A DNA stretch of 64,000 nucleotides from positions 26,660,001 to 26,724,000 of the forward strand of contig NW_024704748.1 in NCBI RefSeq assembly GCF_018977255.1, given 5' to 3'. Of the stretch, positions 38,801 through 52,100 are shown in pieces (the first letter of the stretch is position 1; each line of letters begins with the position of its first letter). Below the pieces are notes generated by a model. The model had not been told where the DNA came from. It saw nothing but the letters and a program-made list of their open reading frames with translations, and ran no database searches. Both the position numbers and the translations under genes were made by a program. Origin of the DNA: Callorhinchus milii (Eukaryota).

Positions 38801-41800
38801 TAAATAAATAAATAAATAACAATTTGGTCACTCAATCCACGACTGTGTGTGGCGACGCTGCTGTGCGCAATTGGCTTCTGTGTTTCGCCCACAAATATAC
38901 AGTCAATTCACTTTACAGTATATTCTGTGAAGCGCTTTCAGACGTCTCGAAGATCAAATGCAAGGATTATTATTATTATTATTATGTCCTAGAATCTGAC
39001 CAATATTTAACAGCTTTGGGTTCTTTGAGAAAAGTGAAGGTATTGGTAATAATAATTTGTTGTAAATTGTAATTTGTTGTAATAAGTGTAGCTCCTTTTG
39101 AGTAAGATAACTGCCTTAAGGCGCTTCATAAAGACAATGAGGATTGCCAAACAGAGAGGAAAGGAAGGGGAATGTAAGGATGTTGACCTCAGGCTCGATT
39201 TGTGATACTTTTTTTTTTAATAGCGTTTTGGAAGCGAAGAGAGAACGTAAGAAGAAGAAGGGTTTGGGGGAGGGAGTTCCAGAGCGCAGGGGCCTTGTGG
39301 CTGAAGGCACGGCTGCCAAACCTTTTAAACGACATTCTGTTAAAACCTTAACATCTATCAATTCTCGACAAATTATGATGTCCGACTGAGACAGTTCTGC
39401 AAAGTGATTTTTTGAGTCACCGTAACTCACCACCNTTTTTTTTTAACAGGAATGAATGTTCGGAATGGCACAGACACTGATGCTGGTAACCTGCAGAAGT
39501 GTTTTCATTCCTTGGGTTTCAACGTTTCTGTTTACAATGATCAAACTTGTAGGCAGATGGAGAACATACTGAAACGTGGTGAGTACCCATTCAAATTCGA
39601 TGTTCTAATTTAACTTTACGTTTCCATGTTTTACTTCTTAGTTAAGAAAAATGCTGTGCAATTGTAGTTAGAAATCAACCTTCACTACTTCCCCAATCAT
39701 CAATTTCCAACACGTTTCGTAGCTTTCAAAATGAGTTGGAAGGAGATTTTCTGCAACGTAAAATCTGAGTATAGAGGTCAGCTTTCAAATACACCAAATA
39801 AACTACTCAACACTAATCTTCTCTGAAGTCAAATTGAGAATCTGACTGTTAGTCGTTTCAAGACTGTTATTTGATAGACAAGTTTCAGATGATGTCCTGG
39901 AGGATGAGAGTGAAGTTTGAGTGAATTGCTAATGTCGCTGAAACACACAGACTCTGGTACAGCCCCAAACACACTCACACACACCTGTCCCCTCATATAA
40001 TGTTCATTGGCAGTCAGACTAGGAAGTCCACCATAGTCTGCTAATGTGTAGCAGGATGGTCTTTTGAAGGCAGCAGTTGCCATGTGATATATATTGGGAT
40101 CACGGGGACAATAGAGCACAATAACAATTCTGACAAAAGTCTTGTGTTGGGAAGGGCTGGTGATACACAAATGCCAGGCTGCTGGGGAATTGCACAGTCA
40201 CTATATATAATTTGTATAACAGTGAAACTGAACATTGAAAGCACAGGAAAGGTATTTTTTTACCCTCATCTTTTATTTTGATGTAAATTTGTAAGTTCAC
40301 CAGAGAGGATTCTTTGACACTTGTAAGAAAACTATTGTTTATTCCTCCTCTTTTTTTAGCTGCTCAGGAAAACCACAGTGACCATGCATGTTTTGCATGT
40401 ATCCTTTTAAGCCATGGGGATGAAGGCTTGATCTACGGCACGGATGGACCAATGCCCATAAAGACTCTTACCTCCCTCTTCCGAGGAGATATGTGCAAGA
40501 GTCTTGTGGGGAAACCCAAACTCTTTTTCATTCAGGTAACCCGACCACGAATGAGATTTTTTTTGTTAAAAAATCTTAACTGTATAAAAGTTAATTGCGA
40601 AGCATTTAATATTTTCATAACACTTGTTGGGCTTTTAACGTTACAAGTTTAATGCTTTTAGTGCTTGGTGTCCAAAGAATGGCCAACATCAAATTGGACG
40701 AACTATCTGAATCACTGCATTCAGTTCCACTTTTTAATATATACATATATATATATCTTCGAGGTAGTATTGAGGAGAAATTCCACTTGAATCTGGATTT
40801 ACTCTAATCGCATAATTGTTGAATTCAGTCTCAGCTTTGAGGACGGCTTTGCGTCGTTCTTGAAAGAGCCCTCAGAAAGCTGGCTGGAAAGTCAAGGCTG
40901 TGTTTAAAAGTTTGCTGAATTCTGGATGCTCTGAAAATGTCACACAGAATCACAGAATCCTACCGCACAGAAGGAGGCCATTTGGCCCATCGTGCCACTG
41001 TTGCTCTTTGAAAGAGCCATCCAATTTGTCCCACTCCCCTCTCTTTCCCCACTGCCTTGCAATTTTTTTTTCTTTTCAAGTATATGTCCATTTCCCTTTT
41101 GAAAGTTATTGTTGAATCTGCTTCCACCACCCTTTCAGGCAGCGCATTCCAGATGACATAAATAAAGTAAATCTGGACCCAGGTGGAATTTGTCCCCGTA
41201 CGAATATATACATTGGGAGTCCTGTAGCTCAGTGGTTAGAGCACTCGCTTTGCAAGTGAGAGACCTGAGTTCAATTCCAGGCAGAGGGCGAAACCTTGGG
41301 CAAGTTTCCTTACTCCACACAGAGCCTAATAATAATCCCTCCAAAACCAAAAACAATAATAAATTGGTCATTTTCAATCCATGACTGTTTGTGGGACATT
41401 GCTGTGCGCAATTGGCTGCCGCGTTTGCCCACAAATATACAGTCAATTCACTTTACAGTGTGTTCTGTGAAGCGCTTTGGGACGTCCTCCCGACGTGAAA
41501 AGCGCTATACCAAATGCAAGGATTATTATTATTATGCTAATAATGTGAGTTATTTGTGATTTCTTTGCGTAGTATTTACATTGTCACTGACACAGTTCAG
41601 TACTGTACTGTGAAGACATATACTGCACTTTACCTGGTTTGCTTCAGGCTTGCAGAGGTTCAAAGTTTGATGAAGGGATACAGACTGATTCTGGGCCAAC
41701 AAATAATGAAGAGACCGACGCAAATCCTCAACACAAAATCCCAGTAGAAGCTGATTTCCTGTATGCATATTCCACTGTGCCAGGTACTGCAAATGTTCAA

Positions 41801-42590
41801 GTCCTAACAGTAAAGAGAAACAGTGAGGGGAAGTGGTCACCAAAAATGCATTATATGAACATTATATTATCTGTTTGTTATTGAGGCACAGTATATCAAA
41901 CATGGAGGCCTGTAGCTCAGTGGTTAGTGCGCTCGCCTCGCACGCGAGTGGACCCGGGTTTGATTCCCGGGCAGGGCGAAGCATTGGGCAAGTTTCCTTA
42001 CTCCACACACCTCTGTTTACCAGCAGTAAATAGGAACCCGGTTAGCAGACGATTGGGGGGAATCACTTTTCCGTGGTTAATAATCGCCTAAAAAATTTAT
42101 TAATTTATAAATAAATAATAATTTGGTCACTCAATCCACGACTGTTGGTGGGACGTTGCTGTGCACAATTGGCCGCCGCGTTTCGCTCACAAAATACCCA
42201 TCAATCCACTCTGCAGTATATCCTGTGAAGCGCTTTGAGACGTCCCGAAGACGTGATAAGGCGCTGTATCAAATGCACGGGTTATTAATGATTATTATTA
42301 CTATTAGTGTGCCATTTCTTGTCTGTGAATTACAAATGGGAATGAATGTCATTGCAGGCTACTACTCATGGAGGAATCCAGGAAGAGGGTCTTGGTTTGT
42401 TCAGGCCCTGGTCAATGCCTTGAATGAATACGGGAAAGAATTTGAGATCATGCAGATCCTCACCAGAGTCAACTATATGGTGGCCATGGATTTTGAGTCT
42501 CAGTCGCTCGACCCCCAGTTCAGTGAGAAGAAACAGATCCCCTGCGTTGTCTCCATGCTGACAAAAGAACTTTACTTTAAACAGAAATAA
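25277..42590 (+). CDS. CASP7: Caspase-7, complete, 313 aa
   Basis: Coding exons 25277-25389 (MEDTD…DTVD|AMPDR), 37779-37933 (KKK…[20 protein letters not shown]), 39450-39578 ([11 protein letters not shown]…), 40360-40535 (…CILLSHG…KPKLFFIQ), 41648-41783 (ACRG…IQTD|SGP…[16 protein letters not shown]), 42358-42590 ([15 protein letters not shown]…[20 protein letters not shown]). Total 942 nt, all GT-AG, phases consistent. The N-peptide DxVD site and KKK exosite distinguish it from caspase-3. Confidence 0.97.
26475..26776 (+). mobile_element. tRNA-head SINE, 3' truncated
   Basis: Same head, middle and core as other copies; tail missing. Confidence 0.8.
28740..29128 (+). mobile_element. Older Deu-domain SINE family copy
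   Basis: TCAGAAG…GGTTCGAGGCCCAC head, GGTGTCCTGGC, GCTGTTTATGGGA core; related copies at ~20895-21070, ~29420-29740 (-), ~45945-46112, ~57235-57650. Confidence 0.65.
29930..29988. repeat. (CAGT)n microsatellite
   Basis: Direct observation. Confidence 0.95.
32407..32796 (+). mobile_element. Full-length tRNA-head SINE (tRNA-Ala-like head, Deu-like core, L2-like tail)
   Basis: ~390 bp; representative of many dozens of full or partial copies across the window in both orientations. Confidence 0.88.
34917..35059 (+). CDS. Candidate alternative start-codon exon of CASP7 ([47 protein letters not shown])
   Basis: Pyrimidine tract plus AG at 34912-34913, good Kozak context GTTATGG, donor AT|GTGAGT in phase 2, in frame with exon 37779. 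No homology support. Confidence 0.4.
37347..37718 (-). mobile_element. Full-length tRNA-head SINE (mirrored at ~49495-49875 in the duplication)
   Basis: Reverse complement of the family consensus. Confidence 0.85.
41216..41534 (+). mobile_element. Young short SINE subfamily copy (near-identical copy at 21121-21407)
   Basis: Shared diagnostic CACAGAGCCTAATAATAATCCCTCCAAAACCAAAAAC and GGGACGTCCTCCCGACGTG tail. Confidence 0.85.
41904..42300 (+). mobile_element. Full-length tRNA-head SINE in the last CASP7 intron
   Basis: A/B boxes, core and tail as in the family consensus. Confidence 0.85.
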
Positions 42591-45500
42591 ATTTTTAAAA
42601 AAAGGCACAATATAGTTCAGTTTACATTTCAGGGAGATTTTGAATGGTAAAGTTTAAGCTGTTCATTGGGTAGTTTGAGTGAACCATTTTAGAATTTTGC
42701 TGTAGTAAATCGCAGAGTTCAGGTTAAAAAAAAAGAAGATGTTGGCTTTTCTCTGTATTATGAATCAGTTCCTTTATTTTTCTCGTATTTTCACATTCTT
42801 ATATAGTCCCAAACTGACCTCAACATGTCTGCTCTGATATTGTCCGGAAACAGTTCACAAATGAAGTGCAACCCGTTTATAAATGGTTATATGGTTTAAA
42901 AAGAAACTCATAAACACACAATGTATGATTGCAGCGCAACGTATGAATGGTACAGATGCGTCTCAGAATCCTGTTAACACATTTTTCTTTAGAGAAACCA
43001 TTTACAAGGCTAGTTTTTCAACAACCTCTGCGGTGTGAATTTCAGTACATTTTGCATGACGAGCTGTGAATTTTAAACTGTATAAACAGAATTATTTTAA
43101 TCAAATATACTTGGTTTATCTTTCTAAACGAACTTTTGAGACGAGGACTCTTTCTTGAATATTTACCACGTTCCGGTCAGAGGTGTGACTTTTTAATAAC
43201 CAACTTCAAAAGAATAATATTAATAAACTGGTCACTCAATCCACCACTGATTAAATCAAACTGAAATACTGATTGTCCAGCGCCTTGAGACGTCCTCCCG
43301 ATGTGAAAGGCTCAATACAAATGTAATTTTGTTATTGCTGCTTGTGGGACACCCAGTGTGCAATTGGCTGCTGTGTTTCGCCCACAAAGATACATACAGT
43401 TAATTCACTTTACAGTATATCCTGTGAAGCGCTTTGAGACGTGATAAGGCGCGATATCAAATGCCAAAGGATTATTATTATATTATTATAATTTCGGTCA
43501 TGTTTTGATTTGCACAGAAGGCATCATAATAGTTACTGGCTGCCTGTGGAGGGGTCTGAACGGGGTGGGGCGGGGAGGGAAAATGTGGTCAAAGGAGTAC
43601 ATCTACAGTTGGGTCTTGAATGAATACAGGAAAGAATTTGAGATCATGCAGATCCACTTGACAGTATACTCTGTGAAGCTCTTTGAGACGCCTCGAAGAT
43701 GTGATAAGGCACAATAACAAATGCAAGGATTATATATTATATTATAATTCATCAGGAGTTGAGTTAAAGTTGATTGATTTTCAGTTAGTGACACTTTCAC
43801 TGGATTACTATGCCTGTAATTCTTTGTTGGTTTATCATAATAGGTTTAAAAAAATTGCTAGTTTTTCTCAATTTAGTTTCATGGTAAATTGAAGAAAACT
43901 AAATATGGAACAATCATTGGCATCTGGGTCCATCAACAAACAAACATATATCAAATGCAAGGATTATTATTATTATTATTATTACTCATGAAAAATACCT
44001 TTGTGATATTGACTTTGAATGCTGGCATCTGGATTTAACTAGTTAAACTCCAGCAGTACCCAAACTACATACTCTGGTGTCCCCAAGCCTTGGCTCTTGT
44101 CAACCTACACCCAATACTCCCTGGAATTAGGTAATCAGGGTACCTCCCTCAAGAGGGAGAGAGAACATTTGTAAGTACTTTTTTCCATAACCTGCTTGTT
44201 TGAATTGTCTGAATGTCACAGTGCTCGAGAATTGTAGGTTTGCTTGCAATATTCCCCTGCTGTAAGAGATCGGGCAAATATTTGTTAATCTAGTTTGCTG
44301 CGTGCTTTGTTTGTACTGAGAATATGTCTCTGTTTTGACCCAAATCAAGCTCCTCTTGTTATCTGAAGTGCCCGGATATGATGCAGCATAACCTTCACTT
44401 AGTGTGGATCGTTAAAGGCTGTCTTAACTATCCAAGAGGCGTGCGTTAATTATAAACCAGACAACGCTAGAATCGTTGAAAACACGTTGGACATCTCAAA
44501 GCACGTTCTCGAGACCCTCCTCTTCTACCGCGCCTTCGATCACCCTCCTACCCTCACCTTCCCTGCCCTCCACCACCTCTGATCCCAACCCCCATCTCAG
44601 AACCAAATCCCTGACCGTCCAGGCCTTGGGACATCCTCCCAACGTGAGACGCTGAGTCAATGTCATTTGTTGTTGTTGAAGATTGCATTAAAATAGATGT
44701 AAATTTGGGAGAAAAATTCCATGCTCTTTCATAGTAGCTGCTTCTGTGGTTGCGTGTCCAACTGCTTGAACAGCGAAGGAAGCATCGGGTCCAAGTTGAC
44801 GACCAAACACACACATCAAAAAAGGTAAGAAGTATCAATGCACACAACGTGAATGAAAATTAATTGTGGAGATAATAATCCTTGAAAATCACGTTTGATA
44901 TAATGAAATACATTGCGCTGTGGACTGATCAGACACTGGTCCAAGCTTCACATAATCAATTATTGAATTAGACCATCACAGTTCAGCTATTGCCTCCAAA
45001 TATACAGTCACTATATTTCACAGTAAAATCCTGTGACGCGCTTTGAGACATCCGAGTGATGTGATAAGGTGCTGTATCAAATGCAAGGATTATTATACCC
45101 TCTATACTAAACCATAGAGAGGTAGGGATGGGGTGAGATGTATTCCAAAGCACCTCCTTAGGATTCAGTTACAAAAATGCTCCTATGTTTCCACAGCATT
45201 GAAGATAGAGCAATCTTCAAGAGGTTAGCTTCTGCTGGGTCAGCGAGATAGTGTCCATTTCCCATCCCTCGAGTCCGTAACCTTGTCAGATTAGAGATAA
45301 TTTTGTGTCTTAAGATCACCATTACTAGGATCTAGTGGAGCCCTGTAGCTTAGTGGTTAGAGCACTCTCCCCACAAGTGAGAGGACTCAGACACAATTCA
45401 CAAGTTTCCTTACTCCACACACCTCAAAAATAATAATAATTTAATCACGACTGTTTGTGGGACGCTGCTGTGCGCAATTGGCTGCCACGTTTCGCCCACA

Positions 45501-46112
45501 AAATATACAGTCAATTCACTTTGCAGTATATTCTGTGAAGCGCTTTGAGACCCCTAGAAGACGTGATAAGACTCTGTATCAAATGCAAGGATTATTATTA
45601 TTATTATTAGGATCTTGGCTAAGACTGCACAATCTCATTTCACCCGGGATCCTCACAATGTGCCCAAATGGAGACCTCTATCCCGGTTGTCTGGGCTGGA
45701 TTAAACACCAGGCTGGTCCAAGAACGACAGGACTGTATTTCTAACAGACTGTGCCATTCGCTCCCTACTTGTGCTGACCATTTATTATAATTGTTATTGC
45801 ACCAATCATGATACAATACATGGGCTTGTCTCTGGTCTGGCCCCATCGATTGGCTTTGTTGAAAATAAACCTTTTCTTTTGTGGATCTGGATGGGAGGGT
45901 GAGAGAGTGCATTGCTGTGTAACCTCCATGAATGAGTTGGAATCCAACCCAGACAGAAGGCATGTGAAAACCTTCCTCTTTTCCCATCTGTCCGTTCAGG
46001 ACAATTTTTAAAGATCCCATGTCGCCATTCGAGAAAAGAGAAGGGAATTTCTCTCTCCCGGTGTCCTGGCCAACCATCCCCCAAATAAAATTGGGTCATT
46101 GTCTCCACGGTT

Positions 46113-49100
46113 GGGAAATGGACATATACTTGAAAAGAAAAAAAAATTGCAAGGCCGTGGGGAAAGAGAGGGGAGTGGGACAAATTGGATGGCTCTTTCA
46201 AAGAGCAACAGTGGCACGATGGGCCAAATGGCCTCCTTCTGTGCGGTAGGATTCTGTGATTCTGTGTGACATTTTCAGAGCATCCAGAATTCAGCAAACT
46301 TTTAAACACAGCCTTGACTTTCCAGCCAGCTTTCTGAGGGCTCTTTCAAGAACGACGCAAAGCCGTCCTCAAAGCTGAGACTGAATTCAACAATTGTGCG
46401 ATTAGAGTAAATCCAGATTCAAGTGGAATTTCTCCTCAATACTACCTCGAAGATATATATATATATATGTATATATAAAAAAGTGGAACTGAATGCAGTG
46501 ATTCAGATAGTTCGTCCAATTTGATGTTGGCCATTCTTTGGACACCAAGCACTGAAAGCATTAAACTTGTAACGTTAAAAGCCCAACAAGTGTTATGAAA
46601 ATATTAAATGCTTCGCAATTAACTTTTATACAGTTAAGATTTTTTAACAAAAGAAAATCTCATTCGTGGTCGGGTTACCTGAATGAAAAAGAGTTTGGGT
46701 TTCCCCACAAGACTCTTGCACATATCTCCTCGGAAGAGGGAGGTAAGAGTCTTTATGGGCATTGGTCCATCCGTGCCGTAGATCAAGCCTTCATCCCCAT
46801 GGCTTAAAAGGATACATGCAAAACATGCATGGTCACTGTGGTTTTCCTGAGCAGCTNAAAAAAGAGGAGGAATAAACGATAGTTTTCTTACAAGTGTCAA
46901 AGAATCCTCTCTGGTGAACTTACAAATTTACATCAAAATAAAAGATGAGGGTAAAAAAATACCTTTCCTGTGCTTTCAATGTTCAGTTTCACTGTTATAC
47001 AAATCGTATATAGTGACTGTGCAATTCCCCAGCAGCCTGGCATTTGTGTATCACCAGCCCTTCCCAACACAAGACTTTTGTCAGAATTGTTATTGTGCTC
47101 TATTGTCCCCGTGATCCCAATATATATCACATGGCAACTGCTGCCTTCAAAAGACCATCCTGCTACACATTAGCAGACTATGGTGGACTTCCTAGTCTGA
47201 CTGCCAATGAACATTATATGAGGGGACAGGTGTGTGTGAGTGTGTTTGGGGCTGTACCAGAGTCTGTGCGTTTCAGCGACATTAGCAATTCACTCAAACT
47301 TCACTCTCATCCTCCAGGACATCATCTGAAACTTGTCTATCAAATAACAGTCTTGAAACGACTAACAGTCAGATTCTCAATTTGACTTCAGAGAAGATTA
47401 GTGTTGAGTAGTTTATTTGGTGTATTTGAAAGCTGACCTCTATACTCAGATTTTACGTTGCAGAAAATCTCCTTCCAACTCATTTTGAAAGCTACGAAAC
47501 GTGTTGGAAATTGATGATTGGGGAAGTAGTGAAGGTTGATTTCTAACTACAATTGCACAGCATTTGTCTTAACTAAGAAGTAAAACATGGGAACGTAAAG
47601 TTAAATTAGAACATCGAATTTGAATGGGTACTCACCACGTTTCAGTATGTTCTCCATCTGCCTACAAGTTTGATCATTGTAAACAGAAACGTTGAAACCC
47701 AAGGAATGAAAACACTTCTGCAGGTTACCAGCATCAGTGTCTGTGCCATTCCGAACATTCATTCCTGTTAAAAAAAAAAGGTGGTGAGTTACGGTGACTC
47801 AAAAAATCACTTTGCAGAACTGTCTCAGTCGGACATCATAATTTGTCGAGAATTGATAGATGTTAAGGTTTTAACAGAATGTCGTTTAAAATGTCGTGCC
47901 TTCAGCCACAAGGCCGCTGCGCTCTGGAATTCCCTCCCCCAAATTCCCTCCCCCAAACCCTTCTTCTTCTTACGTTCTTACGTTCTCTCTTCGCTTCCAA
48001 AACGCTATTAAAAAATAATGTATCACTTCAATCGAGCCTGAGGTCAACATCCTTACATTCCCCTTCCTTTCCTCTCTGTTTGGCAATCCTCATTGTCTTT
48101 ATGAAGCGCCTTAAGGCAGTTATCTTACTCAAAAGGAGCTATACTTATTACAACAAATTATTATTACCAATACCTTCACTTTTCTCAAAGAACCCAAAGC
48201 TGTTAAATATTGGTCAGATTCTAGGACATAATAATTATAATAATAATCCTTGCATTTGATCTTCGAGACGTCTGAAAGCGCTTCACAGAATATACTGTAA
48301 AGTGAATTGACTGTATATTTGTGGGCGAAACACAGAAGCCAATTGCGCACAGCAGCGTCGCCACACACAGTCGTGGATTGAGTGACCAAATTGTTATTTA
48401 TTTATTTATTTATTTATGTATTTCCCCGATGGATTATTATCAGGCGCGTGGAGGAAAGGAAACTTGCCCAAGGTTTCGCCCGACCGGAAATCGAACCCAG
48501 GTTTCTGGAACTCTCTAACCACTGAGCTATGGGACGTAAACAGAAACTGAGGCATCAGGCACTCGAGAAACCGGTTTTGATCCTGCAATAACTTCGGGGG
48601 GAGGGGGGGGGAAGTGGTTTAATATTTTAACAATCACATCGTCCAAGAATTACACATTTTAATAGGAGCATATTGCTATGTGCTTTTAAACACATTCCTG
48701 GTAACGATGGTTCAAGGTGGTAACAAGATGGGACTAGTGTATATGTGTATATGTGTATATGTATATAGTGTGTGTGTTGGCATCTTCTCACAAAGCTATT
48801 CCATGCTCTGCCGCACGGTTAGCGTAGAACAGGATTGGTACAAGTCTGAGCTCAGGTCGCCTACCTTTGCATTTGGCTGCAGATGTTGCGGTCTCAGGAA
48901 AGCATTGGAGAAATAGGTCATAGAAGCATTGTTGTTGGTCTCCAATTCAATGTGACAACTAACCGCTTTCATGCGAAACATTTAAAATTGGTCAATCCCA
49001 CGACTGTTTGTGGGGACGCTGCTGTGCGCAATCGGCTGCCGCGTTTCGCCCACAAAATATACGGTCAATTCACTTTACAGTACGTCCTGTGAAGCGCTTC

Positions 49101-52100
49101 GAAACGTCTCGAAGACGTGATAAGGCGCTGTGTCAAATGCAAGGATTATTATTATTGAATAGCATTATTAAACACAATATTGGTCAAAAAGGGAGACAAA
49201 GAATAATGACCCTTGAGGCGGCAGAAAAGCGATGTTATATATTGCTTTCTGTTGTGAAATAGTAAAGAGGTACAGTACCTGTTTTTGCATCAAAGTTCTT
49301 GTTATTGATAATCATGCATTTTCCTAATTTTTTGAAGTTCATATTATACAGGAACATCGGTGTAACCACCCGGATACAAGGGTCAGATACATCAACTTCT
49401 CTTCCTTGTTCATGATCTTTGGTTTTTTTCTTGCTGTGAAGGGAAGAGAAAATAAAATGAGTCTCATCTGTCACTTACTACACAAGCTCTGTAGAGTTCT
49501 GCAGCTCAGTAGTTGGAGCACTCGCCTCGCAAGCGAGCGGACCTGGGTTCAATTCCCAGACAGGGCGAAGCGTTGGGCAAGTTGCCTTACTCCACATGCC
49601 TCAGTCACCTCACAGTAAGCAGGAACCCGGTTGTTAGTCGATTGGTGGTTCGCTTTTCCGGGGGTAATAATTCCTTAAAAAAAATAATAAATTGGCCCCT
49701 TCAAGCCACGAGTGTTTGCGGGGACGCTGCTGTGCGCAATTGGCTGCTGTGTTTCGCCCACAAAACCTACAGCCAATTTACTTTACAGTTTGTTCTATGA
49801 AGAGCTTTGAGACATCTCGGAGACACGATAACGCGTTATATCAAATGCAAAGATTATTATTATTATATTATTATTGTTATAAACTCACGTGTGACTCACT
49901 TTTGACCTAAGATTGGAAACCTTGTATAAGCTTTTCTTGAGTTGGGCACTGTGGAAGGTATGCTTAGCACTGCAACCTCTGTCCTTAATAAAGTGATAGT
50001 AACATAACACTCCTTAACATAATTACACCCATATCAGACAATTAAGACTACAGTATTCTAAAATCAGGAATCTTTGGCTAAGGTTTCTGGAAAATAAAGC
50101 ATTAACGCACCTGGAATAATAATCCTTGCGTTGATACAGCACCTTATCACGTCTTCGAGACGTCTCAAAGCGCTTCACAGAATATACTGTAAAGTGAATT
50201 GACCGTACATTTTGTCAACGAAACGCAGCAGCCAATTGTCGTGGATTGAGTGACCAAATTAGTATTACTTTTGAAAATATTGGATTTAAAAATTGGAATA
50301 TTGTGATGTTCACACAGAATTACTCAGCGTGATATGGCACAGAAATATGCCGTTTGGCCCCCAAATAGTCCTTACTGGTATTTGAACTTCACACAAGACT
50401 CCATCTGCCTCCAAACCCCTTTATATTCCCTTCTCCGGCGTGCATGCCTCAAGATTCATAAGAACCTAAGAATTTACTGGGTAAAAGAAGTCCAAGGTCC
50501 ACCTACTTCACCTTCCACCATCCTGCCCGTCGCTTGACATGTCGCGCCCCAAACTATATACTGTATCTATCCCCGAATATTATTTTCGAGCAGAAATACC
50601 TCTCATTTGTTCTTGAAACAAACATCATTTTCTGCTTCCACCGTCTATCTGTCTCCCCGGGAGCCCGTTCTATACGCTAAGTGCTCGTTCACTGAAGTAG
50701 TACAATTGCCGCAAAATTCTGTGAAACACTTTGAGACGTGATAAGGCACTACAACAAATCAAAAATCATTATAAATATTTTGATGCTCTTTGGTTCAACC
50801 ACAGGTTCCGGGAGCAAGTCCCAAATTCTCACCACCCCTTGCGTGAAGAAGTTCGTCCTAAACTCCCTTTAGATCTGCCACTGCCTATTATCTTACACAA
50901 TAATAATAATAATAATCCTTGCATTTGATACAGCGCCTCATTTTGGATTCATCTATTTTTGGAGTGGGATTCCCTCATGTCGTAATGAAATGCCCGACAG
51001 GTTATCAGAAGATTCCTTTCGGATTCCTTGACCAAGAAATACTGCGAAACCTAACCCCTTGTTAAATAGGAAGACGCCTCTCCAATCGACACTGCTGGAA
51101 GAGAATTATTGAAAGTAACTGTAGTCGCCGAAAACAGTGAGTTGCCCAAACTGTTCGGTGCTGCTGAAAATTAGCCGTCCATTTCTCATTGAAATACGCT
51201 GGAACTGGATCCTGGAACTGTATTTCATGTTTTTTTTTGCCCAGCCGGGTGTCTGACACACGCGGAAACCCATCACCGTTGCTTAAGAGTCTCCAAACCG
51301 AGCTGAGAATTCCACGCGTCCCACCTACACACGGAAACCCCAGAGAGAGATTGTTGGAATGGAATGCGCTCTCTCTCTCTCTCTCTCTGGAGGGGTGTAT
51401 CCTGCTTACCTATCTCGTCGTTCTAGTCAGGCTCTGCCACTGTTAAGCGCTCTGAGATGCTACCCTGCCATGGAGGGCGCTATATAAGTGCAAGTTGTTG
51501 TTGCTCTCGTAACCCAACACGAACACTGAGGTTTACCCTTATTCCTCTCATTTGCGTTGCTTCTAAGGCCCCTTAGTTGTGATGGTCAGACTGTACTCAG
51601 TATTCAGAGGCAGCCTAACCAGTTTGCTTTCCAGATTAAGCTGAATTTCTGCAGCTTGAACTCAATAGATTTGACAAGTAAGATTTGACTTGGGATAGCA
51701 GAAAACCTTATCATTGGATCAGCGAGACATCTCTAATCACTAGTTTGCAGCCTCTTTCTTTCTCTATCTCTATGATGGTAGTTCCTCCTCTGGAAGTTCC
51801 CCATTTGTTTCCCATTTGCTCCAAATACCTCGTCTTTCACACACTTCCACGATCGTGCATCCTCTCTCTGTGTTGAAAAACTGAGAATCATTCACTCTCA
51901 GAGATTTCAGAAGGACTTGAATTCCTTCCCTGCCTCAGTCGTTCTCTCCTCCTCAAATCTACAGACACAAGCTGAGCATCAGCTACTCACTATTTGATGG
52001 TTCCTATCCTCTGTTTTTTTTCCCCAAAGCTAAGCTTCTCAATCTTGTTTTGAAAGAAAATGCCTTTATGTGAATCTTATCGCTCCTTAATTAATTGCAT

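Larger units (their letters stand above)
33963..41096 (+). repeat. Left arm (source) of ~7.1 kb inverted segmental duplication
   Basis: Reverse complement matches 46113-53240 nearly base for base; mirrored ORFs throughout the ORF track. Confidence 0.97.

Noticed and set aside
41216-41290. tRNA-like sequences with A and B boxes (many copies)
   Set aside because: They are SINE heads continuing directly into SINE bodies, not tRNA genes.
45457-45744. Recurrent ORFs of the type [14 protein letters not shown]…[13 protein letters not shown]
   Set aside because: Translations of the SINE consensus, not a protein family.
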